A DNA stretch of 64,000 nt from Chloroflexota bacterium (lineage in GTDB: Bacteria; Chloroflexota; UBA6077; JACCZL01): NCBI GenBank assembly GCA_046328125.1, contig JAXLXF010000010.1, forward strand, positions 87,808 through 151,807. Direction: 5' to 3'. The notes under the pieces were generated by a model. That model was not told the DNA's origin, made no database searches, and saw only the letters and a list, made by a program, of their open reading frames with translations. How positions within the stretch are numbered: the stretch's first letter is position 1; each line of letters opens with the position of its first letter. This document shows positions 1-9,794 of the stretch, one piece after another. The translations under genes and the position numbers were made by a program.

Positions 1-313
1 TGGCGGCATGTTGCGATGACGGTCTGGTCAGGGCAACACGCTGTCGGGCCGGTAGCCGGTTTCGCCGGACGATTTCAGCGGGTCGCTGAGGAGTCTCGTC
101 CGGTTGGGCGTCGTCCATTGGGTTCGGGTCGGCGTGCTGTCCCACGGTGAACCTCGTGCTCGTGAGCGATGCTGTTCTCGAGAGACAGCGTAGCGCGCGC
201 CGGGCGTGGATGCGTGCGCCGCGCCGACAGGCCGCCTGTTCGCCAGCAAACTGACTTCGACAAGGACGGTGGATGCGCGGGCGGCGGCGCTTTTTCCGCG
301 CTATCATCGCGGC

Positions 314-682
314 ATGGCTTCCCCAACGGTCGTCGTCGTCGGAGCCGGCGCGCTCGGCGCGAGCACGGCGTACCATCTGGCCCGGCGTGGCGCCAGCGTC
401 ACGCCGGTGGATCAGTTCGCACCGGGCTCGCAGACGTCGCCGCGCGCGGCCGGCCTGACCAACACCAAGGCGGCCTCGACCGAGATCATGGCGCGCCTGA
501 CCGACGAGGCAACCGAGACGCTGGCCCGCTTCGAGTCCGAGACGGGCCTGGAGCTCGACTTCCACCGCTCGGGGAGCGTCAAGGCCGCGTACACCGAGGT
601 TGGCCGCGACCGGTTGCTGGCCGACCTGGACGTGGCGCGCTCGAGGCCGCCAGCGTCTACCACTACGCCCGCAAGTATCTGA
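314..682 (+). pseudogene. N-terminal remnant of an FAD-dependent (DAO/glycine-oxidase-type) oxidoreductase
   Basis: The ATG at 314 inside ORF 206..682 gives MASPTVVVVGAGALGASTAYHLARRGASV, a GxGxxG FAD Rossmann motif. The frame stops after ~122 aa, whereas this family is typically ~370 aa. A convergent gene ends 27 nt downstream. Confidence 0.5.
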
Positions 683-708
683 AGTAGCCGTCCGATCGGC
701 TGGAGCCG

Positions 709-3210
709 TCAGACTGTGCGCGGCCTTCTCGGCAGGTCGTCCTCGGATAGCGCCGGGTCTCGGTACAGAACCGCGCCAGACGGGTTGACGACCTCCAGCA
801 GGAGCTGCCCGCCCTCGACGTAGGTCGTGGTCACGGGCGGAAGGTCGAACCGGTCAGACGTGCGCATCGAGCGGAAGAGGCTGTCGAACGGCGAGTCCGT
901 CGATTCGCTGTCTGGCCGCTGGCCCTCGCTCGACAGCCGATCGAAGATGGATTGCCCGACGTCGATCTCCGTGCCGTCGAACAGGTGGAGCTTGTAGGTG
1001 GTGGTCTTGCCGCGTCTGTTGGACGACACCGAGATCGGGCCGGTGGCCTGCACGAGTGAGGAATCGTTACCCACCCTCCGGAGCGAGAACGCGCGCGCGA
1101 ATGGCGACGCCGCGGCGAAGAAGAATCCGACGAAGAGGACCATGAAGGCGAAAAAACCGGAGCCGGCGTAGACCAGGCCAATCGCCACCAGCACGGGCAC
1201 GCCCATCATGAGCGCCGCGCGCTTCGTCGCGGCCCGCGCCGCCTGCTGGAGCGCGTTGACGAGCCGGGGCGTGACCGGAAGGCGAATCAGGCCGCCGTCG
1301 GCGCTCGACGCCGAGGCAAGACGGTTGTCGATGGCCCGATCGACCGCGGACCGACTGGGCGCGGTCGTCGAGAACGTGTGTCCAGTGGGAGGGCCGGTCA
1401 CGGCCGGCGGCGGCGTGGATCCGTCATCTGGCGCCAGGGGCGGGTCGTCCGGCTCACCCTCGTAGAGCGGATAGCGGTAGAGCATGACGCCAGTCGGGGC
1501 GCGGACGTCGAGCAGCAACCGGTTGCCGGCCACATACGAGACGGTGACGCCTGGCAGGTCGTAGGCGACGGTCGCGGGGCGGATACCCGTCGTGCCAGGG
1601 ATCGGCCGGTCTACGCGGACCGGGACGGCGTACCGGGCGAGGGCATCGAACGCGTGGGGCGTCAGGCTGAGCAACAGGTGATTCGTCAGCCCGAGCCGTG
1701 GCAGCCCACCGAGGATGCTGTCCGTCCGTCCGCTCAGGCGGGCGGTGCCGGTGACACGGACGATCTCCTGGCGGGCGGCTTCGCCGGACAGTCTTCCAGT
1801 GACCAGCGGGATACCGTACAGCACGCCGACCAGCCCGACGACGGCCATCGCCGGAACCAGCTGGCTCGTCACCAGGAGCAGGAGCGCCACCAGCCCGGCC
1901 GCCGCGACGCCGAGCGGAACCGGGCCGACCTTGCCGTCCACGCAGACTCGGTCCAGCAGCTCAGCGACGGCCGGCGCCCGGTTCGCGACCCAGTGAACGC
2001 CGTCGCCGATGGGGTCTTTCGATTCGAGGCGTCCCAGGCAGGCGAGGACGGCCGGAGTGGCAGGGATGGTGACGATCCGGTCTTCGACGGCCATCGACGG
2101 GGGCGGGGTCCACGGAAGCGGCGGCGTGTCGGCAGTGCCAGGAGTCCCGGATTCAGGCACGGCGACGGTCCGGACGGACGCAGGCGCGGACGGCGTCCAC
2201 GGTAGAGGCTCGTGGGCGACCTCCTGGACATCGGCGGCGAGGTCCGCGCGCGCGGTCTCTTCCCAGGGGAGGCCGACACCTTCGGCGGGAAGTGGCGCTG
2301 TCGTCGGTGTGGCTGCGGATGGCACAGCGGGCACGGTCGGGGCGCTGGAAGTCGTCGAGGGAGTCACAGGCACTGGCGCTGGCGCTGCTGGCCCCGGTGT
2401 CGGCGCTGGCATGGCAGATGGCGGCGCGAAGCCGGGCACGTGCGTGGGCGGCGGCGCGGCAGCCTGTGGCGTGATAGCGGCCGTAGTCGCGGAAGAAACG
2501 AGCGTCTCGGCGAGGGCTGCCGCGAACGCCGCGCAGGTCGGGAAGCGATCTGACGGGCTGGCGGCCTGTTGGCGATCCAGGACCGCGCGCGCGTCAGCGG
2601 ACGGCGATGGGAGGAGTGAGGAGGCGAGGGCGGCCAGGGCAAACCCGTCGGCCGAGGCGACCGCGCGAGGGCCGCTGCGCTGTTCCGGGGCGGTGTAGGC
2701 GTCGTCGGACGCTTCGACGACGGCGGCGTCCAGGCCGGCCTCTTCGATTGCGCCCAGCAGGCCGACGCCGACCAGGAGTGGGCTACCGTCCGATCTGACC
2801 AGCACGCTGGACGGCCCAAGCGCGCCGTGGGCGAGGCGTCGGTCGTGGGCGGCGTCGAGCCCCGCCGCGAGCGCCTGCACGAGCGCGGCGACCCGCTCCG
2901 GCGTCCACGTATCGTCGGCAAGGGTCGAGAGCACGGTGGCGTCGTCGGGCCGCTCGATCACGATGTAGAGGGAGCCAGCCTGCTCTCCGACTTCGACCGG
3001 TCGGGCGAGGGCAGGGTGACGGACGCCGCCGGCGCGGGCGACCTCCAGTCGGAGCAGTCCTCGGAAGCGCTGGTCTTTCGCCAGACGCTCGTCCAGGATC
3101 AGGAAAGCCAGCGACTCCCGTCGGGCGGTGTGGGTCGCCGCCACCAGCTCGCCAAACGGCAGCGCCCCGAGCGAGTCGCCAAGCTGATACGGGCCGATCT
3201 TGTTGTCCAT
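709..3210 (-). CDS. Membrane-anchored Hanks-type pseudokinase with Pro-rich linker and duplicated TM + soluble C-terminal module
   Basis: The N-terminus aligns by eye to the Ser/Thr kinase fold (IGPYQLGDSLG..., ...YTAPEQ). The VAIK Lys, HRDxKxxN and DFG motifs are replaced by LAFLIL, HGALGPSS and VGVG. A Pro/Ala/Thr-rich stretch follows, then two TM-helix pairs, each followed by a related ~100-aa segment. Confidence 0.75.
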   Translation of the reverse strand: MDNKIGPYQLGDSLGALPFGELVAATHTARRESLAFLILDERLAKDQRFRGLLRLEVARAGGVRHPALARPVEVGEQAGSLYIVIERPDDATVLSTLADDTWTPERVAALVQALAAGLDAAHDRRLAHGALGPSSVLVRSDGSPLLVGVGLLGAIEEAGLDAAVVEASDDAYTAPEQRSGPRAVASADGFALAALASSLLPSPSADARAVLDRQQAASPSDRFPTCAAFAAALAETLVSSATTAAITPQAAAPPPTHVPGFAPPSAMPAPTPGPAAPAPVPVTPSTTSSAPTVPAVPSAATPTTAPLPAEGVGLPWEETARADLAADVQEVAHEPLPWTPSAPASVRTVAVPESGTPGTADTPPLPWTPPPSMAVEDRIVTIPATPAVLACLGRLESKDPIGDGVHWVANRAPAVAELLDRVCVDGKVGPVPLGVAAAGLVALLLLVTSQLVPAMAVVGLVGVLYGIPLVTGRLSGEAARQEIVRVTGTARLSGRTDSILGGLPRLGLTNHLLLSLTPHAFDALARYAVPVRVDRPIPGTTGIRPATVAYDLPGVTVSYVAGNRLLLDVRAPTGVMLYRYPLYEGEPDDPPLAPDDGSTPPPAVTGPPTGHTFSTTAPSRSAVDRAIDNRLASASSADGGLIRLPVTPRLVNALQQAARAATKRAALMMGVPVLVAIGLVYAGSGFFAFMVLFVGFFFAAASPFARAFSLRRVGNDSSLVQATGPISVSSNRRGKTTTYKLHLFDGTEIDVGQSIFDRLSSEGQRPDSESTDSPFDSLFRSMRTSDRFDLPPVTTTYVEGGQLLLEVVNPSGAVLYRDPALSEDDLPRRPRTV

Positions 3211-3433
3211 CTGGCGCGCTCCGACGACTCCGGGCTGACAAGCCGAGCTACGACCGCGTTTCGACGATGGTACCGCGCCGGCAGGCCGTGTGGATCAGTT
3301 CCGGTGGCCGAGAACCGTTCGATTGCTGACAGAGAGGTCGAATGTATGGCGTGCTTGGTGCCGTGCGGCACGCCGTGGACTGTTGGCGTCTGAAGAAATA
3401 CGTCCCCCGCGGGCGGCACACGAACGCTCGTGG

Positions 3434-5308
3434 TTACGGTCCGGGATCTGGGAAGGCTGGCTCCGGCGTGTACTCCAGGTCGAGGGTGCTGACCTCCCCA
3501 ACCAGCGGGACGCGCAGCAGCACCGACTGGTACGGCTCGAAGGTGAGTGTGACCGGGCGGGCGGACGAGCCGTAGCGGATCACGACCTCCCGCGTGAGGC
3601 GCTCCGTGCAGTGCGACTGCCCGAAGCGCATCGGGTAGTGGACGTCGCGGGCGAACGGGTGGGCGAAGAAGATCAGGAGCTCGCCGGTGCCCTGTTTGGC
3701 CCAGTACGGCGGGACATCCTGGCCCTCGACGAGCGGCTGGATTCCGAGCGCGGAGAGATCCGGCGAGACGTTGGGCAGCCGCGACAGCTCCGCGAGCCAG
3801 TGAGCGTATTGAGGATTGCGCCGCATCCCCGGCGACGACGGCGCTCGCTTCAGCACGATCTTTGCGCCGCCACGCGCCAGCCTCGCGACGTGCTCCAGGG
3901 CGCCCGCGTCCATCCACTCGACGTCCGCGTACAGACCCGCGAAGCGAACGTCGCCAATCGAGATCTGCCCATCTACGATCTGCGCCTGGCGGAGAAACGG
4001 CTCTGAGACCCAGGTTGGGTGATGTCCCTCGGTTTCGGCGGGCGGCGCCACCCGGCGCATCTCCCACTCGAAGACGGCGCCCGGCGTGCGCTGCTCGTCG
4101 GGGATGCGATCGCGCATCAGCATGTCTTCGTTGGGCAGGTACACGGCCAGGTTCGTGTAAGGCCGACCGCGCCGCATCATGCCGCAGACGCTCTCCAGAT
4201 ACTCGTTGAAGGCAGGCAACTGTCGCGAGAAGACGGAGTCCGGCCCAACGTGTACCGACGCGTAGAACTCGTTGGAGCCGCCGTGTCCGTTGAATGGCAT
4301 GCCGTGCCAGACGAGCTGGTTGACGCCGTTCGCGATCAGCGCGTCCGCGAGCAGTTTCAGGTCTGCAAGCTGCTCGCGCCGCCAGTACTTCGCGGCCTGG
4401 AGCTGACCCGGCCCGATCGTGCCGTAGATGCAGGTGAACGCCTCGGCGCTGACCAGCGGCTTGCCGGCCAGAGCAGCCGCCGAGGCCGGGATCCGCGAGA
4501 ACGTCGGCTCGAACAGCAGCCCCTCTGACTCGGGCACGTCCACGGCAGCATAGGCGGCCAGGAGATCGGTGGGGGCGCCGTGACACTGGACCCGGGAGAT
4601 CGCCCCGAGGTCGCGGCACGCCTGCGCGAACGTCTCGAAGAAGGCGTCGAGCATGGTGCTGCCGACCATGCGCCGGTAGTCGTACCGCATGTGCGGGTGG
4701 GTCCGTGCAAGATCCAGGTGATCGTCCAGGCGGTAGCCGTAGCGTGCCTCGAACGCATCAGACAGGCTGGGCGTCCAGATCTCGGCTGCGTCCAGCTCCA
4801 GGGAGTCGCAGAAGAGCGCCGAGGGCGTCCCGTCGAGACCCAACGCGAACGACGGGCCAATCGCATTCGCGTAACGCTGCACCGCTGAAGAGGAGAGGTG
4901 ATCCAGGACCGGCTGCGGTCCAGGCTCCCACGACCGGGTCAGCCGCTGGCCGGACGGCCCGGTGAGCGTCTGCGCGGCGTCGGCCGGGCGGACGACCGAT
5001 CCCCCGAACGGCCAGGAGCTCCCGAACGTGAAGTCACAGCCCAGCCCCAACTGATCCGCGTACCCTTTGGCGAACCCGATCAGGCTCGACCACTCCGCGC
5101 TCAGCCACTCGGGCCGGGTGTCGGCGACGGGGCGCCCGTACCAGACTGGATCGACCCAGGCGATCTCGACGCCGCCGAAGCCGTTCTCGCTGAGCCAGTC
5201 GAGCTGAGAGGCGATGTCATCCGCCTGGAACGGGCCGGCCAGCCACCACCAGCGCGCGTACGGCCGCGATGACTGATAGGCCGGGTACTCCGTGATGTCT
5301 GGGGCCAT
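3434..5308 (-). CDS. Putative glycoside hydrolase (GH106/GH2-sugar-binding-like TIM-barrel protein)
   Basis: ORF 3434..5371, with the likely start at M22 (MAPDITEY...). The N-terminal RPYARWWWLAGP...ENGFGGVEI signature is typical of this glycosidase-like family as I recall it. Family assignment is from memory only. Confidence 0.55.
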   Translation of the reverse strand: MAPDITEYPAYQSSRPYARWWWLAGPFQADDIASQLDWLSENGFGGVEIAWVDPVWYGRPVADTRPEWLSAEWSSLIGFAKGYADQLGLGCDFTFGSSWPFGGSVVRPADAAQTLTGPSGQRLTRSWEPGPQPVLDHLSSSAVQRYANAIGPSFALGLDGTPSALFCDSLELDAAEIWTPSLSDAFEARYGYRLDDHLDLARTHPHMRYDYRRMVGSTMLDAFFETFAQACRDLGAISRVQCHGAPTDLLAAYAAVDVPESEGLLFEPTFSRIPASAAALAGKPLVSAEAFTCIYGTIGPGQLQAAKYWRREQLADLKLLADALIANGVNQLVWHGMPFNGHGGSNEFYASVHVGPDSVFSRQLPAFNEYLESVCGMMRRGRPYTNLAVYLPNEDMLMRDRIPDEQRTPGAVFEWEMRRVAPPAETEGHHPTWVSEPFLRQAQIVDGQISIGDVRFAGLYADVEWMDAGALEHVARLARGGAKIVLKRAPSSPGMRRNPQYAHWLAELSRLPNVSPDLSALGIQPLVEGQDVPPYWAKQGTGELLIFFAHPFARDVHYPMRFGQSHCTERLTREVVIRYGSSARPVTLTFEPYQSVLLRVPLVGEVSTLDLEYTPEPAFPDPGP

Positions 5309-5517
5309 ACTTGTGGAGCTCCGAGGGCGAAGATCGGCGCGGGCCTCACGATCATAGCGAGCGGAGCCCAACGTGTGGGAGCCGGACGAGTGAGAGCGCG
5401 CACGTCGTGCGACGCTGGTGAATCCCGACCGAGATCGTCCGGGCGTCCGGTACCATCTTCGAGAGCGACCGGCTGCTCATCGGCCGCCAACACCCGTCAT
5501 CATGCGGAGGCTCGACG

Positions 5518-6960
5518 ATGGCAACCGATCTGGCGTGGATCTCGGCGACCGAGCTGGCGAAACTGATCCGGCGCGGCAAGCTCTCGCCGGTCGAACTGGT
5601 AGACGCGCTGCTGGCGCGCATCGAGCGGGTCAACCCGTCCGTGAACGCGTACTGCACCGTCGCGGCGGAGCGGGCGCGGGCCGAAGCGCGCGCGGCGGAG
5701 GCGGCGCTCACGTCTGGCGAGGATCTTGGACTGCTGCACGGCGTGCCGTACTCGGCGAAAGACCTGACCCCCACGAAGGGCGTCCGAACCACGATGGGCT
5801 CGAAGATCTTCGAGCACAACGTGCCGGAGGCGGACGGGCTGCTGATCCAGCGAATGCGGGCGGCTGGCGCAATCCTCCTGGGCAAGACCAACACGCCAGA
5901 GTTTGGCTGCAAGCCGTTCACCGACAACCGGCTGTTCGGGGCGACGCGCAACCCGTGGGCGCTGGACCGTTCGCCGGGCGGCTCGTCTGGCGGCGCGGCG
6001 GCAGCGGTTGCGGCGGGGCTGGGGCCGCTGGCGCAGGGCAGCGACCTGGCGGCCTCGATCCGGCAGCCGGCAGCCTGGAGTGGGGTGGTCGGGTTCAAGC
6101 CGTCACAGGGGCGGGTGCCGCGCGTGCCGAACGCCTCCGGCTGGAGCGGCCTCTCGGTGGACGGACCGATCGCGCGGACGGTGGCGGACGCGGCGCTGAT
6201 GTTCGCGGCGATCTGCGGGCCGGACCCGCGCGACCCGCTCAGCCTGCCAGCCACCGGCGAGGAGTGGGAGTCGCTGGTGGAGGTGGACGACGACGGCGCG
6301 CTGCTCTCGCGCGGTTCGCTCCGTGGGCTGCGAGTCGCCTGGACGCCCGATCTCGGCGGCGCGTTCCCCGTCGATCCGAAAGTCGCGGCGATCTGCGCCG
6401 AGGCGGCTCGCGCGTTGGAGAGCTTCGACTGCTCGCTGGAGGAGGACGCACCGGAGATCGGGGAGATCCAGCGACCGTTCCTGTTGCTGAACGCGGGCCT
6501 GCGCCAGACGACGCTCGGGAAGTACCTGGAAGAGTGGCGGGAGCAGATGGACCCGGTCCTGGTCTCGCGGCTGGAGATGGCGGGCGACGCGACGGCGGTG
6601 GACGTGGCCCAGGCCGAAGTAGAGCGGATGGCGTACCACCAGCGGCTGTGCGCTTTCTTCGAGCGGTACGACCTGCTGCTCCTGCCGACCACGGCGATGC
6701 CGCCACTGTCCCTGGACGCGCGCTTCCCGATCGAGGTAGGGGGGAAGTCGCTCGCGCAGCCGATCGACATGCTGCTGCCGACCTACGCGTTCAATTTCAG
6801 CAACTTCCCGGCGATCTCGGTGCCGGCCGGCTGGACGGACGACGGATTGCCGGTCGGGTTGCAGATCGTGGGGGGCTGGCAGCGTGACGCGCTGGTGCTG
6901 CAAGCCGCTGCCGCGTTCGAGCAGGCCCGGCCGTGGGCGGAGCGTCGGCCGGGGGTGTAG
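5518..6960 (+). CDS. Amidase-signature family amidase (GatA-like)
   Basis: 480 aa. Contains the amidase signature GGSSGGAAAAVAAG and the conserved K...S-S context (YSAKDL, GSDLAASIRQPAA). Confidence 0.9.
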   Translation: MATDLAWISATELAKLIRRGKLSPVELVDALLARIERVNPSVNAYCTVAAERARAEARAAEAALTSGEDLGLLHGVPYSAKDLTPTKGVRTTMGSKIFEHNVPEADGLLIQRMRAAGAILLGKTNTPEFGCKPFTDNRLFGATRNPWALDRSPGGSSGGAAAAVAAGLGPLAQGSDLAASIRQPAAWSGVVGFKPSQGRVPRVPNASGWSGLSVDGPIARTVADAALMFAAICGPDPRDPLSLPATGEEWESLVEVDDDGALLSRGSLRGLRVAWTPDLGGAFPVDPKVAAICAEAARALESFDCSLEEDAPEIGEIQRPFLLLNAGLRQTTLGKYLEEWREQMDPVLVSRLEMAGDATAVDVAQAEVERMAYHQRLCAFFERYDLLLLPTTAMPPLSLDARFPIEVGGKSLAQPIDMLLPTYAFNFSNFPAISVPAGWTDDGLPVGLQIVGGWQRDALVLQAAAAFEQARPWAERRPGV

Positions 6961-6966
6961 ACGGGA

Positions 6967-8700
6967 TCAGCGGGTGTTCTGGCGGCGGCGGGCGCGGTCG
7001 GTCGGAGCTGTTACAGGAGCAGGATTGGCGGGGCGCCCCGGCGAGGACGAGGCCGGTGCGAGGGTGAGGCGCTTGAGGCGGGGGCCGAGGCTCTGGGCGG
7101 TCGCTTCGCCAGCCAGGACGGGCAGGATGGTGTCAAGGTCGCGGGCTTCGGCAACGTCGCCCAGGTGGTCGAAGTAGAGGAATCGGTCGAACTGGCGCAT
7201 GAACCAGCGGTCGTGGGTGACGCCGACGACGGTCCCCGTGAAGCCGTCCAGGGCGCGCTCCAGCGCTTCTGAGGAGTCAAGGTCCAGGTTGTCGGTCGGC
7301 TCGTCCAGGAGGAGCAGATTTGCGCCACCACGCTCCAAGAGCAAGACTTGCAGCCGGGCCTGCTGGCCGCCTGACAGGGTCTCGAACGTCTGATCGACGC
7401 AACCCTGGAGCTCGTAGCGAGCGAGCGTCGCCATCGAGGAGGCGAACGAGAGGCCGGCGTCGGCCAGGATCTCCTTGACGGTCTTGCCGGACCACTCGGG
7501 GTGCTCGTGGGTCTGGCTGAAGTGGCCCACTTTGATCCGTGCGCCGAGCCGGACCTCACCGCCGTGCTCGACCGCGTCGCCGGCCAGCAGGCGGATGAAG
7601 TGCGACTTGCCGGAGCCGTTCGGGCCGACGACGGCGACCCGCTCGCCGTACATGACCAGCGCGTCGAACGGGTTGACCACCTGGGCGATGCGCAGCCCCA
7701 GGCACTCGACCACCTTGCGGCCGGACTCGCTGCCGCGCAGGCGCATGTGGATGTTCTGATTGCGGACCGGCGCCTCGGGCGGGCCGGCATCGACAAACTT
7801 CTTCCAGCGGGTCTCGGCAGCGTCAGCCTGGGAGGCGTTGCCGTCGCTGATGGCGGCGCGCTGCTTCATGATCCGCATGTGGCGGTAGAGGCGGCGCTCC
7901 TCCTCGTTCCAGCGAACGAGCGCTTCTTCGAGGCGCTCCTGGCGGGCGGTGCGCACCTCGTTGTAGGTGGCGAACGATTCTCCGTGGACCCAGGCGCCGT
8001 ACCCTTCGAGCGTGACGATCTTGCGGGCGGCACGGACCAGCAGCTCGCGGTCGTGCGAGATCATCAGGAGCGTCTTGTTCAGCTCGTTGAGGCGCCGCTC
8101 GAGCCAGCGCTTCCCGGCGATGTCGAGGTAGTTGTCCGGCTCGTCCAGGAGCACGTTCTCGCTGTCCGAGGCGACCAGCATTTCGAGAGCGAGCCGCTTC
8201 TGCTCGCCGCCGGAGAGCTCGTTGACGAGGCGGTCAGATGCGTCGTCGAGCGACTGCCCGAGGACGAGCGAGGTGACGCGGTCCCAGACGCCCTCCTGCT
8301 GGTACCCACCGACCTCACCCCAGTGGGCAATCGCGTTCGCCAACGCTTCGCCGGCAGCATCGGAGTAGTCCGTTTCGAGGGTGCGCTCGGCCTGGATCAG
8401 CTCCAGGGCGCGCTGGCGGTACGGCTCGCCGGAGACGGTCGCCAGCAGCTCGCGGACGGTGGCGCGGGCGTACATCCGTCCGATCTGCTGGGGCATGAAC
8501 TGGACGCGACCGTCGATCTGGATGACGCCCTGGCTCGGCGTGAGCTCGCGGGCGAGCAGGCGCATCAAGGTCGTCTTGCCGACGCCGTTGACGCCGACCA
8601 GCGCCGCGTGCTCCTTGTCCCCAACGCGAAATGAGACGCCGCTAAAGAGCAGGCCGCCGCCGGGATGGACGTATTCGAGGTCCTGGACGACGATGGCCAC
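6967..8700 (-). CDS. ABC-F family ATPase (two fused ABC domains, no TM domain)
   Basis: Two Walker A motifs (GVNGVGKT, GPNGSGKS) and two ABC signatures (LSGGEQKRL, LSGGQQARL). There is an inter-domain linker and a basic Pro-rich C-terminal tail. Confidence 0.9.
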   Translation of the reverse strand: MAIVVQDLEYVHPGGGLLFSGVSFRVGDKEHAALVGVNGVGKTTLMRLLARELTPSQGVIQIDGRVQFMPQQIGRMYARATVRELLATVSGEPYRQRALELIQAERTLETDYSDAAGEALANAIAHWGEVGGYQQEGVWDRVTSLVLGQSLDDASDRLVNELSGGEQKRLALEMLVASDSENVLLDEPDNYLDIAGKRWLERRLNELNKTLLMISHDRELLVRAARKIVTLEGYGAWVHGESFATYNEVRTARQERLEEALVRWNEEERRLYRHMRIMKQRAAISDGNASQADAAETRWKKFVDAGPPEAPVRNQNIHMRLRGSESGRKVVECLGLRIAQVVNPFDALVMYGERVAVVGPNGSGKSHFIRLLAGDAVEHGGEVRLGARIKVGHFSQTHEHPEWSGKTVKEILADAGLSFASSMATLARYELQGCVDQTFETLSGGQQARLQVLLLERGGANLLLLDEPTDNLDLDSSEALERALDGFTGTVVGVTHDRWFMRQFDRFLYFDHLGDVAEARDLDTILPVLAGEATAQSLGPRLKRLTLAPASSSPGRPANPAPVTAPTDRARRRQNTR

Positions 8701-8898
8701 AGCGATCTGCCTTCCTCAGCAGACGAAGTCTAGCAGAGCGATCCGCCCTCGCCCCCAGGCCCTCTCTCCTGTCCCACGAGCCGAAGCGGGGGCCATGTGT
8801 TGACCAGCAGCGTCGCTCAGACGGCAGCGACATACCCGGGGTGCTCGAAGTGCTCGGTCAGGACGACCATCTCGTCGCCGCAGAACCCTCTGCCTCGG

Positions 8899-9327
8899 CT
8901 ACCGGAAGGCGCTCACGTCCAGGCCGTGGCGGTCGAGGTCGTCAAGCACGGTCTCCCAGACCGCGCGAGCCTCTCTTGCCGCATCTCTCGCATCCAGGTC
9001 GGTGGCTTCTGGCCAGTTTCCCGGGTAGCGCCCAACAATGGCCCACTGCGTGAGCGACGATAGATTGGGGTGAATGATCGCGACATCCCATCCCACCGGG
9101 ATCAGGTCTCGGACCTCGTCGAGATCGTGCCGAAACGGAAACCTGATCTGGAGGAAGACAAGAATCGCCTTCAGCGCTTTCTCGCCGGACTGCTGAGCGT
9201 GATAGCAGGCGATATGCGGCGCAAACTCACCCGCGGTGACTGCCGCCTCAGCCACCTTCAGATCTTCCTGGGCGAATCGGAGCCACCGTTGGGCGGCGCC
9301 CGCGGGGGTGGGGTTCGGCGTGGTCAT
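8899..9327 (-). CDS. HEPN-domain protein (putative RNase toxin of a HEPN-MNT pair)
   Basis: 142 aa all-helical-looking protein with an Rx4H motif (RFPFRH). It overlaps the upstream MNT gene by 4 nt (ATGA). Confidence 0.8.
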   Translation of the reverse strand: MTTPNPTPAGAAQRWLRFAQEDLKVAEAAVTAGEFAPHIACYHAQQSGEKALKAILVFLQIRFPFRHDLDEVRDLIPVGWDVAIIHPNLSSLTQWAIVGRYPGNWPEATDLDARDAAREARAVWETVLDDLDRHGLDVSAFR

Positions 9328-9668
9328 GCGGCAAGGTCGCGGTCGTACAAGATGCGGCCCTCGCGCAGGGCAGGCTCCAGGACGGTGCCGATCAGCTTTC
9401 CCCAGACTTGGATTTCCTCGGGAGTGGTGACGACAACATCTTTGGCGACGCCCAGGCCGCGCAGTTCGCTCAGAATGGCGACCGCCATGAGCCGGCTGTT
9501 CTCGACCTGCGGGAACACCACCAGAAGATCGACGTCGCTATCCGGGCGGGCGTCCCCGCGTGCCTGCGAGCCAAACAAGATCACCTGAAGCGGATTGAAC
9601 CGCTCGACGATCCGCCGGGTCATCTCGGCGATGACCCGGTCAATCGGCCGGCCACCCACCATCGTCAC
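9324..9668 (-). CDS. Minimal nucleotidyltransferase (MNT) domain protein, cognate antitoxin candidate
   Basis: 114 aa. Carries the Pol-beta-type NTase motif GSQARGDARPDSDVDLLV. Confidence 0.85.
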   Translation of the reverse strand: MTMVGGRPIDRVIAEMTRRIVERFNPLQVILFGSQARGDARPDSDVDLLVVFPQVENSRLMAVAILSELRGLGVAKDVVVTTPEEIQVWGKLIGTVLEPALREGRILYDRDLAA

Positions 9669-9794
9669 GGTCTCGCTCCTTCAAGCGCGCGTCAGATCGT
9701 ATCGTAACACGCATCCGATTTGAGAGAAGAGCCGGGCCAGCGGCGGCGGCGGGCCGCGCGAGCGACGATTCGTGACGACGGCCGAGGGTCAACG

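Noticed and set aside
1-313. Possible partial gene at the left window edge (track ORFs 28..249 and 75..326 on the minus strand; frame-1 open reading from nt 1).
   Set aside because: The translations are low-complexity Arg/Pro/Ser-rich with no motif I recognise, and the region is too short to judge.
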